DNA from: Azolla caroliniana | Lineage: Eukaryota; Plantae; Polypodiophyta | Assembly (NCBI GenBank): GCA_043228905.1 | Contig: JBHGNT010000012.1 | Location: 12,152,001-12,216,000 of the forward strand | Reading direction: 5' to 3' | DNA length: 64,000 nt | Notes under the pieces: model-generated | Seen by the model: the letters and a program-made list of their open reading frames with translations, nothing else | Told to the model about the DNA's origin: nothing | Databases searched by the model: none | Translations under genes and position numbers: made by a program | In this document: one piece after another, positions 38,957 through 50,093 of the stretch | Numbering within the stretch: the stretch's first letter is position 1 | Layout: the number at the start of each line of letters is the position of its first letter

Positions 38957-41900
38957 GTCCAGCCAAAATAGGAGCCGTTTGGTTGGACAGCCCTAGATCT
39001 GTGCAGCCCATTAGTGGTTCCATTCCCTCTAAGCAAGTTAGTGATGTGTTCGTAGCCCAAGTAATAGTTAGTACTAAAAGTACCCCTCCAGTACATGTCC
39101 TAGCACTCCTAGATTCCGGAGCTAACTCTTGCTTTATGGATAAGAAATTTGCTCAAGCTCATAAGATATCCCTAAGAAAACTCCAGTGTCCAGCCTCTGT
39201 AGTAGTCATTGATGGACGTCCCATTGCTTCCGGAAATATCCTAGAAGAGTCAGAGCCCATTAATATTGTCCTAGATAACTTAGTATGTGTAGTATCATTT
39301 AATATTATTAGTATCCCAGAACATCCTATAGTTTTAGGACTACCGTGGTTCGAGTTACATAACCCTGACATAGATTGGAGAACAAGAGAAATCCGGTGTC
39401 GACAAACCCAAGGGTCAACTCAGAAGATGGCAACCATTTCGCTACGTCAGTTGCGTAAAGAAGGGCACAAGGAGGAAATGTTCCTCTTTGCAATATCAGT
39501 AAACCCCTCCAACACCACTAAAGAAGAATCCACCGTTCAACTTCCCGAGAAGTATCGCCATTACACCGATGTGTTCGATAAAGTACAAGCCAACACACTT
39601 CCTCATCATCGACCGTACGATTGCCCCATCGATTTACAACCGGGAAAAGAGCCGCCATGGGGACCGATCTACAATTTGTCACCAACCGAGCTGGAAGTCC
39701 TTCGGGCCTATATAGAGGAGAATTTGGAAAATGGTTTCATTCGGCATTCGAAATCTCCAGCCGGTGCGCCCATTTTCTTCGTCAAGAAAAAAGATGGATC
39801 GCTTCGTCTCGTTGTAGATTACCGTGGCTTGAATAAGGTTACAATCAGGAATAGGTATGCTCTTCCCCTTATCTCAAGTCTTTTAGAACGGATCAATGGT
39901 GCCAGGTTCTTCACGAAGATCGACTTACGGGGAGCATATAACCTCGTACGGATCCGACCAGGAGACGAATGGAAGACCGCGTTTCGCACCAGATATGGGC
40001 ACTTCGAGTATACTGTCATGCCGTTCGGCCTCACTAATGCGCCGGCAGTCTTCCAGCACATGGCTAATGATATATTCCGAGATCTATTGGATGATTGTTT
40101 GATCATCTATTTGGATGATCTACTGGTTTATTCAAAGACCCAAGAAGAACATGATTCTCATGTACTATTAGTACTAAAACGACTTCGAGAACATGGTCTG
40201 TATGCAAAGCTAGAAAAATGTAGTTTCGGGTGCAACCAAGTGGAATTTCTCGGCTACATCATTTCGTCAGAAGGCATCTCCATGGACCCAGCTAAGGTCA
40301 GAACGGTGGTAGAATGGCAGACTCCGCGTTCGGTACGGGATGTGCAATGCTTCTTAGGCTTTGCCAATTTTTACCGGAAGTTCATACAGGATTACTCAAA
40401 GATCGTTCTACCTCTCACACAACTTACCAGGAAGGGACAACCGTTCACCTGGTCTGAAGAAACGGACGTGGCTTTCGAGAGTCTTAAAAAAGCATTTACA
40501 TCGGCTCCAATTCTAGCTCATGTCGATCCGGAGAAACCATTCATTATCGAAGCTGACGCATCGGATTTTGCATTGGGGAGCATTCTGTCACAACAGGGGA
40601 ATGATGAAAAGCTACATCCTGTGGCTTTTCACTCACGCAAGTTTGATGCCGCCGAAATCAACTACGAAATCCATGATAAGGAGCTATTGGCAATAGTGGA
40701 TTCTTTTATGCAATGGAGGCATTTTCTGGAGGGATCCTCTCATCCAGTCACCGTATTTAGTGACCACAAGAATCTTGCCTACTTTCAGGATGCTCGTGTG
40801 TTGAATCGACGTCAAGCTCGGTGGGCCCACTTCCTCACGCGTTTCGACTTCAAAATTACATATCGTCCGGGGAGGCACCAAGGGAAGGCAGATGCATTAT
40901 CACGGCGTTCGTATCTAGCACCCCGTCCCGGCGAGCCAGCTTTCGATAACCAAAAACAAGTCATCTTGGGACCGGCACGATTACAAGCAACACAAATCTT
41001 TGACATGCCTATGGATTCCCGCGTTATCGATACCATACGTGAAGACTTGAAGACAGATGCGTTCGCCCAAGCTATACTAGCACAAATTGATCCCTCTCGA
41101 GCGTCGTGTTCACAGTCGCAACCACCAGGTACGGACTATCGGCAATTCAAATACCATGATGGATTACTCTTCTTTAAAGAACTTTTGTATGTTCCTAATG
41201 GTTCTTGCCGCCTTCGAGTAGTACAAAACTGTCATGACACATATACAGCTGGGCATTTTGGTAGTACTAAAACATTACATTTAGTACAACGATCATTCTG
41301 GTGGCCCTGTATGCGACAATTTGTCGAGGATTTTGTTCAGACTTGTGATACATGTTGCAGAGCGAAAATACCAAGGCATCATCCATATGGTTTATTAGAA
41401 CCATTATCAATTCCAAGCAAGCCGTGGCAATCCATTGCTCTAGACTTCATCACAGATCTTCCAGTCTCTAAGGGGTTCAATGCGATTCTAACGGTGGTCG
41501 ATCGATATACGAAGATGGCTCATTTCTTGCCATGTACTAAGGAGATCTCCAGTGAAGACACTGCCGAAATTGTCATGCGTGAAGTATGTCGGCATCATGG
41601 ACTCCCCGATAGTATCATCAGCGACCGTGGACCCCAGTTCGTGTCAAAATTCTGGAAGCACCTTTTTAACATGCTCAAGGTCACTTGTAACCTCTCTTCC
41701 GGCTACCACCCACAAACTGACGGCCAAGCTGAACGAACAAATCAAACGTTGGAGCAGTATCTGCGGTGCTTTCTCAGCTATCATCAGGACGACTGGGCAG
41801 ATATTCTCCACTTCACCGAATTTGCCTATAACAACTCTATCCACGCATCCACTAAAGTTACGCCATTTTATGCTTATACAGGATGTCACCCCCGGTGGAG

Positions 41901-42540
41901 TGTACTTGAAACCCCAGAGGTGTCCACAAATCCGTGCGCGGAGGATCGTTTGGAGCGGTTACGCAAGATACAAGCGGATTTATCTACTCATCTCCAGCAA
42001 GCTCAACAAACACACAAGGTCTACGCGGATCGTCATCGACTTCCATCTAGTTTTAATATTGGAGATCGGGTGTGGTTGCTACGACGACACATCAAGACTA
42101 CTCGCCCATGTGAGAAGTTGGATTATCGGCGATTAGGTCCTTTCCGTATTATTGGAAAGATTAATGATGTGGCTTTTTGTCTCGATCTACCTCCTCAACT
42201 TCGGATACATCCGGTGTTTCATAGTTCTCTCTTCGAACCCTACCACGAGAGCACCATCCCAGAACGTCTTATCCAACCTCCACCCCCGATCGAGCTTGAA
42301 GATGGGCCGGAGTACGAGGTTGCCGCCATTCTTGATTCCAAGATTGTTCGCAACAAGCTCTACTATCTAGTCGATTGGCTAGGCTATAGTCCCAGCGAAC
42401 GTACTTGGGAACCGATCGAGAATGTAACCAATGCTCGTGCTCTTCTTGAAGACTTCCATCGTCAATATCCACACAAACCGGGTCCTCAATCCAAGACGAC
42501 TCGTGACACTCGTCGTTTTAAAGGGGGGATAGTGTCATGA
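38950..42540 (+). CDS. pol: Family B Pol (PR, RT, RNase H, integrase, group I chromodomain), probably reached by -1 frameshift
   Basis: ALLDSGA, YLDD, EADASD, HHCC and DDE integrase, GPF, EYEVAAILD...YLVDWLGY...TWEP. The frame is -1 to gag and open from 38929. The track start at 38983 is TTG. Confidence 0.95.
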   Translation, partial: RLSPAKIGAVWLDSPRSVQPISGSIPSKQVSDVFVAQVIVSTKSTPPVHVLALLDSGANSCFMDKKFAQAHKISLRKLQCPASVVVIDGRPIASGNILEESEPINIVLDNLVCVVSFNIISIPEHPIVLGLPWFELHNPDIDWRTREIRCRQTQGSTQKMATISLRQLRKEGHKEEMFLFAISVNPSNTTKEESTVQLPEKYRHYTDVFDKVQANTLPHHRPYDCPIDLQPGKEPPWGPIYNLSPTELEVLRAYIEENLENGFIRHSKSPAGAPIFFVKKKDGSLRLVVDYRGLNKVTIRNRYALPLISSLLERINGARFFTKIDLRGAYNLVRIRPGDEWKTAFRTRYGHFEYTVMPFGLTNAPAVFQHMANDIFRDLLDDCLIIYLDDLLVYSKTQEEHDSHVLLVLKRLREHGLYAKLEKCSFGCNQVEFLGYIISSEGISMDPAKVRTVVEWQTPRSVRDVQCFLGFANFYRKFIQDYSKIVLPLTQLTRKGQPFTWSEETDVAFESLKKAFTSAPILAHVDPEKPFIIEADASDFALGSILSQQGNDEKLHPVAFHSRKFDAAEINYEIHDKELLAIVDSFMQWRHFLEGSSHPVTVFSDHKNLAYFQDARVLNRRQARWAHFLTRFDFKITYRPGRHQGKADALSRRSYLAPRPGEPAFDNQKQVILGPARLQATQIFDMPMDSRVIDTIREDLKTDAFAQAILAQIDPSRASCSQSQPPGTDYRQFKYHDGLLFFKELLYVPNGSCRLRVVQNCHDTYTAGHFGSTKTLHLVQRSFWWPCMRQFVEDFVQTCDTCCRAKIPRHHPYGLLEPLSIPSKPWQSIALDFITDLPVSKGFNAILTVVDRYTKMAHFLPCTKEISSEDTAEIVMREVCRHHGLPDSIISDRGPQFVSKFWKHLFNMLKVTCNLSSGYHPQTDGQAERTNQTLEQYLRCFLSYHQDDWADILHFTEFAYNNSIHASTKVTPFYAYTGCHPRWSVLETPEVSTNPCAEDRLERLRKIQADLSTHLQQAQQTHKVYADRHRLPSSFNIGDRVWLLRRHIKTTRPCEKLDYRRLGPFRIIGKINDVAFCLDLPPQLRIHPVFHSSLFEPYHESTIPERLIQPPPPIELEDGPEYEVAAILDSKIVRNKLYYLVDWLGYSPSERTWEPIENVTNARALLEDFHRQYPHKPGPQSKTTRDTRRFKGGIVS

Positions 42541-42610
42541 TATGGCAAGACTCGAACCCATGACCTTAGGTTATATGGGTCGAGCTCTTGACCATTAGAC
42601 CATCTATTGT
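42541..42610 (-). ncRNA. tRNA-like Pol III module at the U3 edge of the family B LTR (also 37306-37372, 18853-18915, 47145-47210)
   Basis: A box TGGTCTAATGG 42592-42602, B box GGTTCGAGTCT 42548-42558, starts 44 nt apart. Confidence 0.68.
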
Positions 42611-42827
42611 AATACGTAGGATATTATTTTCATTTACATTTTATTATAGGAAATTAGTGTATATTCCAGATTTCTCTGGAACATTCTAGAAGCTTCAGGA
42701 TTACTCTTGAAAACACTATAAAAGAGGGCACTAGGCATTATGTTGAACCAAATTGGTTCAACGCCAGTCTTAAGCCTTTTAGCCACTGTTGTATATTCTC
42801 TTCATATAATAAATATCTTTCTTATCA

Positions 42828-42872
<45 letters not shown>

Positions 42873-43057
42873 CTCTCTGTCTCGCTCACTTCTTCCTTCT
42901 CTCGAAGAAGTTCCACACCTCTCATAGTACTAATCCTTCGTTTAGTACTAATTCCTTCTCTGTCTCAGTACTGTTCATGACAGACGCTACAACTGACTTC
43001 GTATGCACGATGCGTACTCTTACACAGAACACTCACACAATTAATCACGCACAAGGC

Positions 43058-43092
<35 letters not shown>

Positions 43093-44064
43093 CAGGCATG
43101 CCCATATAATATCCCGTGGTGAGAATTTACCATAGTATTCTATACACGTGGATAAGTGTGAGGGTTAAACGAGAGTGTAAAGAAGGGGAGGATTACTTTT
43201 AATCCTCGGGATTGAGACAACCCATTAGGCCAAGTGTGAACTTGCTTGGGGGGTATCGCTATAAATAAGAGGCCTAGCTACCCTCATTTCATCATCTTGT
43301 TGACTACGTCGAGACTCTGCCTTGTGGTGGGTCAACTCTTCTAGCGAGCGCGCCAGCACTAGGTACGACTCGACGCCACGACAGTGGTATGGGATGCCAA
43401 TTGAGGCTCGAGTCCATCTCGATCCCTTCGTTCGGGGGTGGTTGGGTGGATTGGCACCCTTCTTTCTCTGTCTCCTTTCTATCTAGATCTATCTTTTATC
43501 CTTATTTTATGGTTACATTAGTTCATGTCTCTAATAGTTGGTATCCGAGCTCATGTTCTAATGTTTCTTTTGTTGTCTTTGGTGTTCTTGATTGATGGCG
43601 ATCGATTGATGTGCAATCGGCCTTGATCCAAACAATGATCAACAAAGAACCTCGGTAACTCTTTCCTTTTTTTCTATTTTTTCTTCGCCCATCTAATCAT
43701 GTGTATAGTCTATATGTAATTGTTTTCATTAATTTAATGATGTTGTAGTGGTAATTAATTGGTTGTATAAAACGTTTACATATGTGTATGAGGTCAATAC
43801 CTCATTTGACATATATTGAAAATGTGATTAGTGTCGTATGCGCACGAGGTTAATACCTCAATTGCATATTAAGCTCACATACATATGTTATGTATGCGTA
43901 TGAGCTCAATACCTCGATTTCGTTGTAAATGATATGCGTTTGGTCTCGTATACGTAAGAGGTCAATACCTCAATTGTGTATTACGATGAACCCTTATTTT
44001 GGGATGTTTCGTTTGCGTAGAGGTATATGCCTCGATTACGTATCTCGATTATATCATTTATGGT

Positions 44065-44527
44065 TGTTAAGAATTAGGTAAGTAATTAAGCAAGGGTTAA
44101 TTAGTACCTAATTATGTGATTAGTGAATAAGCGGAAGATTAAGTGATATGTGTGTGTATGTGTGTGGGAGGAAGAGAGAGAGAGAGAGAGAGAGAGAGAT
44201 ACACTTATGAACAACACAAGATGGGGGATGAGTAAACTAGAGTGTATATTATAAAACATCATCTATCATCAAATACAAAAATACCTTCAATGAGGTATAT
44301 ATAGGTTTCATCTGCAAGGGTGCACATGTGCTAGGAGAATATAGGTACAACATGTAAGTCCTATATTAAATGAGCATGGAGTGGTGGATCTACAATGTAT
44401 CCCACTCAAGTACAAAATCTTATTTAAGGTTTTATGGTCAACACATTGACTAGATTCTATCTATGTAACTACTAAGTTACATGTGTTGACTAACTAACTA
44501 AACTAAGTTGAGCTTGATCTCTCAACA
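44065..44527 (-). mobile_element. Copia solo LTR (G-like termini)
   Basis: TGTTAAG...AAGTTGAGCTTGATCTCTCAACA; near-TSD ATGGT/ATGGC. Confidence 0.82.
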
Positions 44528-45026
44528 ATGGCTATTTGATGTAACGATTTGTTTAATATACACATATGTGGTCACGTGTATACGTATTTGATCGTATATA
44601 TGTGATAATATGCATGTGTATATAAGTTATTACATGATTTTAATATCGAATGTTTTCCTTTTCGGGGAAAGGATCTTGGTGGCCATCCTCACATTTTTGT
44701 GAGGATGGCGTTGTCACCATGCCTTTTTTCAACAATTATTTATTGTTGACATTCTCGTTGGTGACTTCGATTTTATTACGTAAAGAGATGCCTATAGCCA
44801 CAATGATGTTGAGAACGTAGGGCTTGAGCCACTTCATGTGAGGTCACTCCTATGACACACATATCCAACATCCCTCCCTCATTACATGGATACGATGCCA
44901 CCATGAGATCATTCTTACGAGAGGCATTCATAATGACGTAACCATGTGATGGGCCATGTGGTCCTACTACGAAAAGAGGGCTCATTTATCTTGACCATTA
45001 GGTTGCACTTTGGCGTATGCCATCGT

Positions 45027-45973
45027 TGTCATAGTGTGATTCGCACACTACTTGAAAATTGCATTTTTGTCCCTCCGGATGGGACGAGGAGGAACCGGTA
45101 AGGAGGAATTGGTAAGGAGGACCCGGTAAGGAGAACTGGTGAGAACCGGATGAAGGAGGGACCGGCAAGGAGGGACCAGTAAGGAGGACCCGGTAAGGAG
45201 AACCGGATGAAGGAGGGACCAGCAAGGAGGACCCGGTAAGGAGAGCCGGTAAGAACTAGATCAAGTAGAACCGGTAAGAACTGGATCAAGCAGAACCGGC
45301 AAGAGCCGGATAAAGAGGCAAATTTGTAAATAGAAGAAAAGATTGTTACGTGCATAGGGCAAGATTCAAACCTTGTACCTCCACGTAAACAAACCCCAAC
45401 CTTACCATTGTACTAACTTATCCTAAGTGTTTTAAATATAGATTTAATACGTATAAGACCTTTATTTACACCTACCTTTATTAAAAGGTAAGTCATGCAT
45501 TTTTAGAATGCTTAAATACTTTATTTATAAGAAAAATGTACACCAATAAAAAATTACTCGTGCACATCTAGCGAGCATGAGCACTATATTTAGGACATAA
45601 ATGGATAGTGTAAAAAGCAACTCATTCACATTTAGTGTGCATGAATACTTTAGGAAAAGCATGAAGCTATGCTTAGCCTCTTCCATCCTTATATAAGGAG
45701 GAGAGAAAGATGTATGGTGTTGTTGATTATTTTACAAGGATTGATCAATCGAATATATTCATGGGATTCACGAGTTTATCATCAAAATTCTCTTTCTTAC
45801 AATCTAAATATTGATTAAATACACTAAACACGTGGGATTCACAAGTTTTATTTCTTACTTCTCTTTCTACCTATTCAGAACTAGCCTTATATTGTATTCT
45901 TCTTTCTCCTAGTCCCAAACCTCAATGGTTCCGACCAGACTCACGCAACGATCCAGAGCCGAAAGGCACGACA
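45027..45973 (+). mobile_element. Solo LTR family D (A-like architecture)
   Basis: TGTCAT...CACGACA termini; 4-bp TSD TCGT (45023-45026, 45974-45977); CCGGTAAGGAGG tandem repeats 45095-45310; TATA near 45690. Confidence 0.88.
45352..45420 (-). ncRNA. tRNA-like Pol III module in family D LTR
   Basis: A box TAGTACAATGG 45405-45415, B box GGTTTGAATCT 45362-45372. Shares GGAGGT.CAAGGTT with family A. Confidence 0.6.
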
Positions 45974-47135
45974 TCGTAATTACGAGACTTGAGGTTAGGT
46001 AACATACCAACATATTTTGTAGTAAACGAGGGGGAAATAAGGACTCTTGACATATATGTTTCTTTTAAAAAAACATATATTGGCAAATGCCTCGCATATG
46101 TCTTATACTCTTGAAACATTAAACAATTAAGAAGAGCAACCTACTTGGTTGGCTCAAGTGTTTAATGCATTTGTTCTCGAGGTCTCGAGTTCAAATATGA
46201 CCAAGACCATACAACATCCTTGATAAATATGACTATAACACATGTTTAGAATTGAGGTTTAAGTGCACTTCGGGGTCATAAAGAGCCGAAACCACATATG
46301 TGGGCACAGAAACATAATTTATTGTTAACATTTTTTCCATGTATAAACTACTCATGACGCGGACATACATGGTTGAGCCTTGGGGAGCCGCCATGAAAAA
46401 ATCGATATAGAGATCAGGGAAAGACATGAAATTGTCACCCCCATGGTTTTTAAAACACCTTTGTGTTACCATAGTAACCTGATCTTGAACCTCATCTCAT
46501 ACGTCTAGAGGGTTATTGACGTGAGATCATGATATCGATTAATGTTTGTCCATGATATATTTACATCACGACATGAAGTTATGACTATTTGTTTGACCTT
46601 ATCCTATTTCTTTGCCAGAAATAATCATTTAATGGCTCAAAATAATGACCCGATGTCATCCGCTCAAGCGGAAGGAACTCAAGGAAATCCTCCTAGACAA
46701 ATGTCTATGGAGATGTATTTTTCGCAAATAACCCAATACCTTAGTTTCACCGCTCAAAAGATGACCGAACTTCGACAATCTCAAAGTGCTCTCGAGGCAC
46801 GTGTCATTAGTTTACAACATGAGACTAATAGACTTGATGAGCGACAGGGTGAACCATCGTTTATCGTTAAGCCATTTACGGGAGAAAAAAAGGAAAGAAC
46901 CGAAGAAGAAATCTTTATGATCACTTTCGAGGAAAGTATCCTGATGACAGTTATTTTGCGAAATACTGGGCAAGAGTTGAGTATAGAATAGACACCACCA
47001 CATCCTCGAAGGAATACTTCCACATTGCTAAGGGTCTGCTCTACCGTAATGGGAAGGTTTGTGTTCCAGATTTACCCGAGGTCAATAAGAGGATTCTTTT
47101 TTAATGCCATGATGCACCCTCAATAGGGCACCCTG

Positions 47136-48410
47136 TGTCATGATATGGCAAGACTCGAACCCATTACCTTATGACATATGGGTCGAGCTCTTACCATCAC
47201 ACCATCTATTGTAATTAATAGGATATTATTTTCATTTATGTTTTATTATAAGAAAGTAATGTATATTCCAGATTTCTCTAGAACATTCTAGAAGTTTCAG
47301 GATTACTCTTGACAACACTATAAAAGAAGGCACTAGACATTATATTGAACCAAATTGGTTCAACACCAGTCTTAAGCCTCTTAGCCGCTTTGTACTTATC
47401 TTTTCACATAATATATTAGCTGCTGTCATTATCTTTCTCTCTCTCTCTCCTCTTCTCACTTCCTCTCTCGAGAATCTCACGCAGTCCCGTCTTCTTAGTA
47501 CTAATAGTACTTCTCTTATTAGTACTAACTCCATCTCTGTTTTAGTACTATTCCTGACAGTTTGAACCCACATACGCCTCAGTCACGGCTAAACCGTTTG
47601 CACGCGATGTACCTCAAGCCAATATGATAGGGGATCTGCAACAAATCACTCTCGAAAAACAACAAACGCAACAACAACATGGCGAGTTAGCGTTACGGGT
47701 ACAACAACTCGAAGCGGCGTTGCAACAACAAGGATCAAGTCCCCAAGGATTTCATAAAGAGCCCAAGATTGGACTTCCTGTGAAATTTGATGGAACACGA
47801 TCGCAATTCCGGGGATTCCTTAATTAGGTACGCTTAGTCATCCAAATGCATCCTTCCCGATATCCCACTGATGCATCTCGAGTCGGCCTAATAGGCACGT
47901 TACTTAGCAGCTCAGCCTTGGCATGGTTCGCTCCACTTCTAGAAAAACAATCACCCTTGCTTAATAACTTTGAACATTTTATTGGTGAGTTTAAAGCCTG
48001 CTTTGGAGATACCGACAGCATTAGGACGACGATCAACAAGATCCGAAGATTGCGTCAAGGCGATCGTCCAGCCTCGGCCTACGCGGCAGATTTCCGTCTA
48101 CTCGCCTCAGATATCCCCTGGGACGATCAGGCCCTCATGGAGCAGTTTCGCTACGGCTTGCGCAACGATGTCAAAGACTTTCTTTTAACCTTCCCTGAGG
48201 AACCAAAGTCTCTTACGGAGGCAGTCAATCGAGCGGTCCGATGCGACAACCGCCTTTCCGAACGGCGTTCGGAACGTTAGTTACAAATACCACGCTCTCG
48301 GCCGGAACCCACATATGCCTCAGTCACGGCTAAACCGTTTGCACGCGATGTACCTCAAGCCAATATTCCGACACCGATGGAGATCGACACCATGCGTCGA
48401 CGCGGCCCGT
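47136..48410 (+). mobile_element. Truncated family B-related element (LTR 47136-47559, rearranged gag)
   Basis: TGTCATGA...CCTGACA then GTTTGAACC. Gag paralog of 37805-38956 with stops. Confidence 0.9.
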
Positions 48411-49454
48411 TGTCGTGAAGATTTTCGGCAATTGTGTGAAAATCCCATAAAACGTACGAAATCGAGTATGAATCATGTAATACAATAATTGTGAAGATAA
48501 CATTTTTAATATCTAAGTACAAAATGATGGAGGTTTCGAATGCACTTTATTACACGAGAAATGGATAACTAAATGTCAAAATATGAGGGTATAAAGTTTG
48601 TGAAAAGAAAAGAGAAAATTGTGAGATATCCCACATAGGCACGACAAATACGGCTCTCATCATATATAAGGTGGAGCAAAAGATATTATCTTTGTGTCTA
48701 TGTGTGGAGCATAGAGAGTTCAAGGTAACTTGAACTAAGAGTGGAGGTGGCTAACTACTCGAAAAGGGTTTTGGCCAACCAAAACCGGACCGGCGATGGA
48801 GCCGGTGATCCGACGGCATCCGACGGCAATCCGGCGGCGGCATCCAGAGACGGCGGCGGCATCCAGCGATGGCGTCGACATCCGGTATCCGGCGACGGCA
48901 TCCGGCGGCGGCATCCAGCGAGGCACCGGTATCCGGCGACTAGATAAAATAAATATATAAATATATATACATATTTACATATACAAGGAGGGCAAGTATG
49001 GATTTGAACCTTGCACCTCCAAGTTAGGAGTCAATTGGCTTACCATTAAGCCATGCTATTTAGTTGAAATTATATTTCTATCATTGTACTTTTACATGTA
49101 AATTCTCATCCATGAGATCTAAAATGAGTGACATGGTTAGCATGCACCACATGTAATACTTAAGCGCCAAATGGCAAACATGCAATTTATGCATGTCTTG
49201 TACCCTCACATGCATCATATGCATGAGAGCATCTATAAAAGAGGGAAGGGGGAGGAGAAAAACACGGTTTTTTTTTATGAAAATTAAGAGGAAGAAATTC
49301 GTTATCAAATTGATCGTGTAATCTCAACTTCTCTCTTTCCCAATCTATCTTAAGTACTTTCTTGCCAAAGCTTGTATCGACTCTAAATCCTTCTGGTCCA
49401 GAACCCCGGCGGTTCCGCCTCACGATCCGCGCGTAGTGACGGATCTTCACGACA
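48411..49454 (+). repeat. Family A LTR (duplicate of 53971-55027), tRNA-like module about 48988-49062 minus
   Basis: Same termini and the same left flank (GGCCCGT) as 53971. Confidence 0.95.
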
Positions 49455-49470
49455 TAATTAAGTCCAAAAA

Positions 49471-50093
49471 TGTCGAGAAGATGCGCGTGCGAGCGTGCTT
49501 CGCTTGAGCGGGACCACCGGGGTCTTGGACCAAGGAGGATGTCCGTCAAGGTATTGAGAAGAGGATGATGTGAATGTAAGATTGGAGGAAGAACTATTAC
49601 ACTTGAGAAGATTGAAGATTGTACATTTTCAGAAGTATTTAAATAATTACAAGATAGATGCGAAGAAGAAGAAATAGAAGCTTATATTATTGATGGTGAT
49701 GATGATGGTCATATCATATTGAGCCCCCCCTTTACACAAGCCGTACTAGGGGTTTTATAGGTTTGTCCATGCACAAAACCATGGGCTTGGAGCCATGGTT
49801 TCTATGCACACAGTTTTGCTTTGTAACATGCAGGAAACCATGGGCTTAAAACCGTGCTTTTGTGTACACGATTTTGTTCGTTTGTTTCCTACGGAATACT
49901 GAATATGAGAAAGAAATATAGAACATCTAAAGCACTTAGTAGTAGCTTTAGTGGTAAGGTAATTGCCTCTTATCTTAGAGGTGCAAGGTTCAAATCCTAC
50001 TTGTAACCCTCTACATGCACTCAATGCCATTGTGACCTAGGTTTATTTATTTTCATTTTTACAAGTATTCGTGAAATGTGTGTGGATCCTCAA
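49471..50093 (-). repeat. Partial LTR of family C (A-related), inverted
   Basis: U5 end TGTCGAGAAGAT...CCGGGGTCTTGGACC resembles family A U5. Minus-strand TATA at about 49753-49760. Confidence 0.75.
49933..50005 (+). ncRNA. tRNA-like Pol III module in family C LTR
   Basis: A box TAGCTTTAGTGG 49943-49954, B box GGTTCAAATCC 49987-49997, stem GCCTCT/AGAGGT. Confidence 0.72.

Larger units (their letters stand above)
37298..42982 (+). mobile_element. Intact, young family B chromovirus (Tcn1/Tf1-sushi-like, self-priming)
   Basis: LTRs 37298-37730 and 42533-42982 differ by 3 substitutions, an 11-bp indel and (CT)n length. TSD GACGC at 37293-37297 and 42983-42987. PPT 42520-42532. Gag and pol are both open. 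Confidence 0.98.
43088..47135 (+). mobile_element. Truncated family E copy 2 (LTR 43088-43536, PBS 43539-43550, long UTR, gag start fused by deletion to integrase)
   Basis: Reverse-complement homolog of 15250-17608 and 12390-12600. Carries two nested solo LTRs. Confidence 0.9.

Noticed and set aside
37805-42540. Domesticated PEG10/RTL1-like host gene
   Set aside because: Flanked by near-identical LTRs and a TSD, and multi-copy in the window.
37133-43087. Additional LTR (TGTTAGCAG...) hosting the intact B copy
   Set aside because: Plausible, but the right end and TSD are lost under the E insertion, so it is not listed as a feature.
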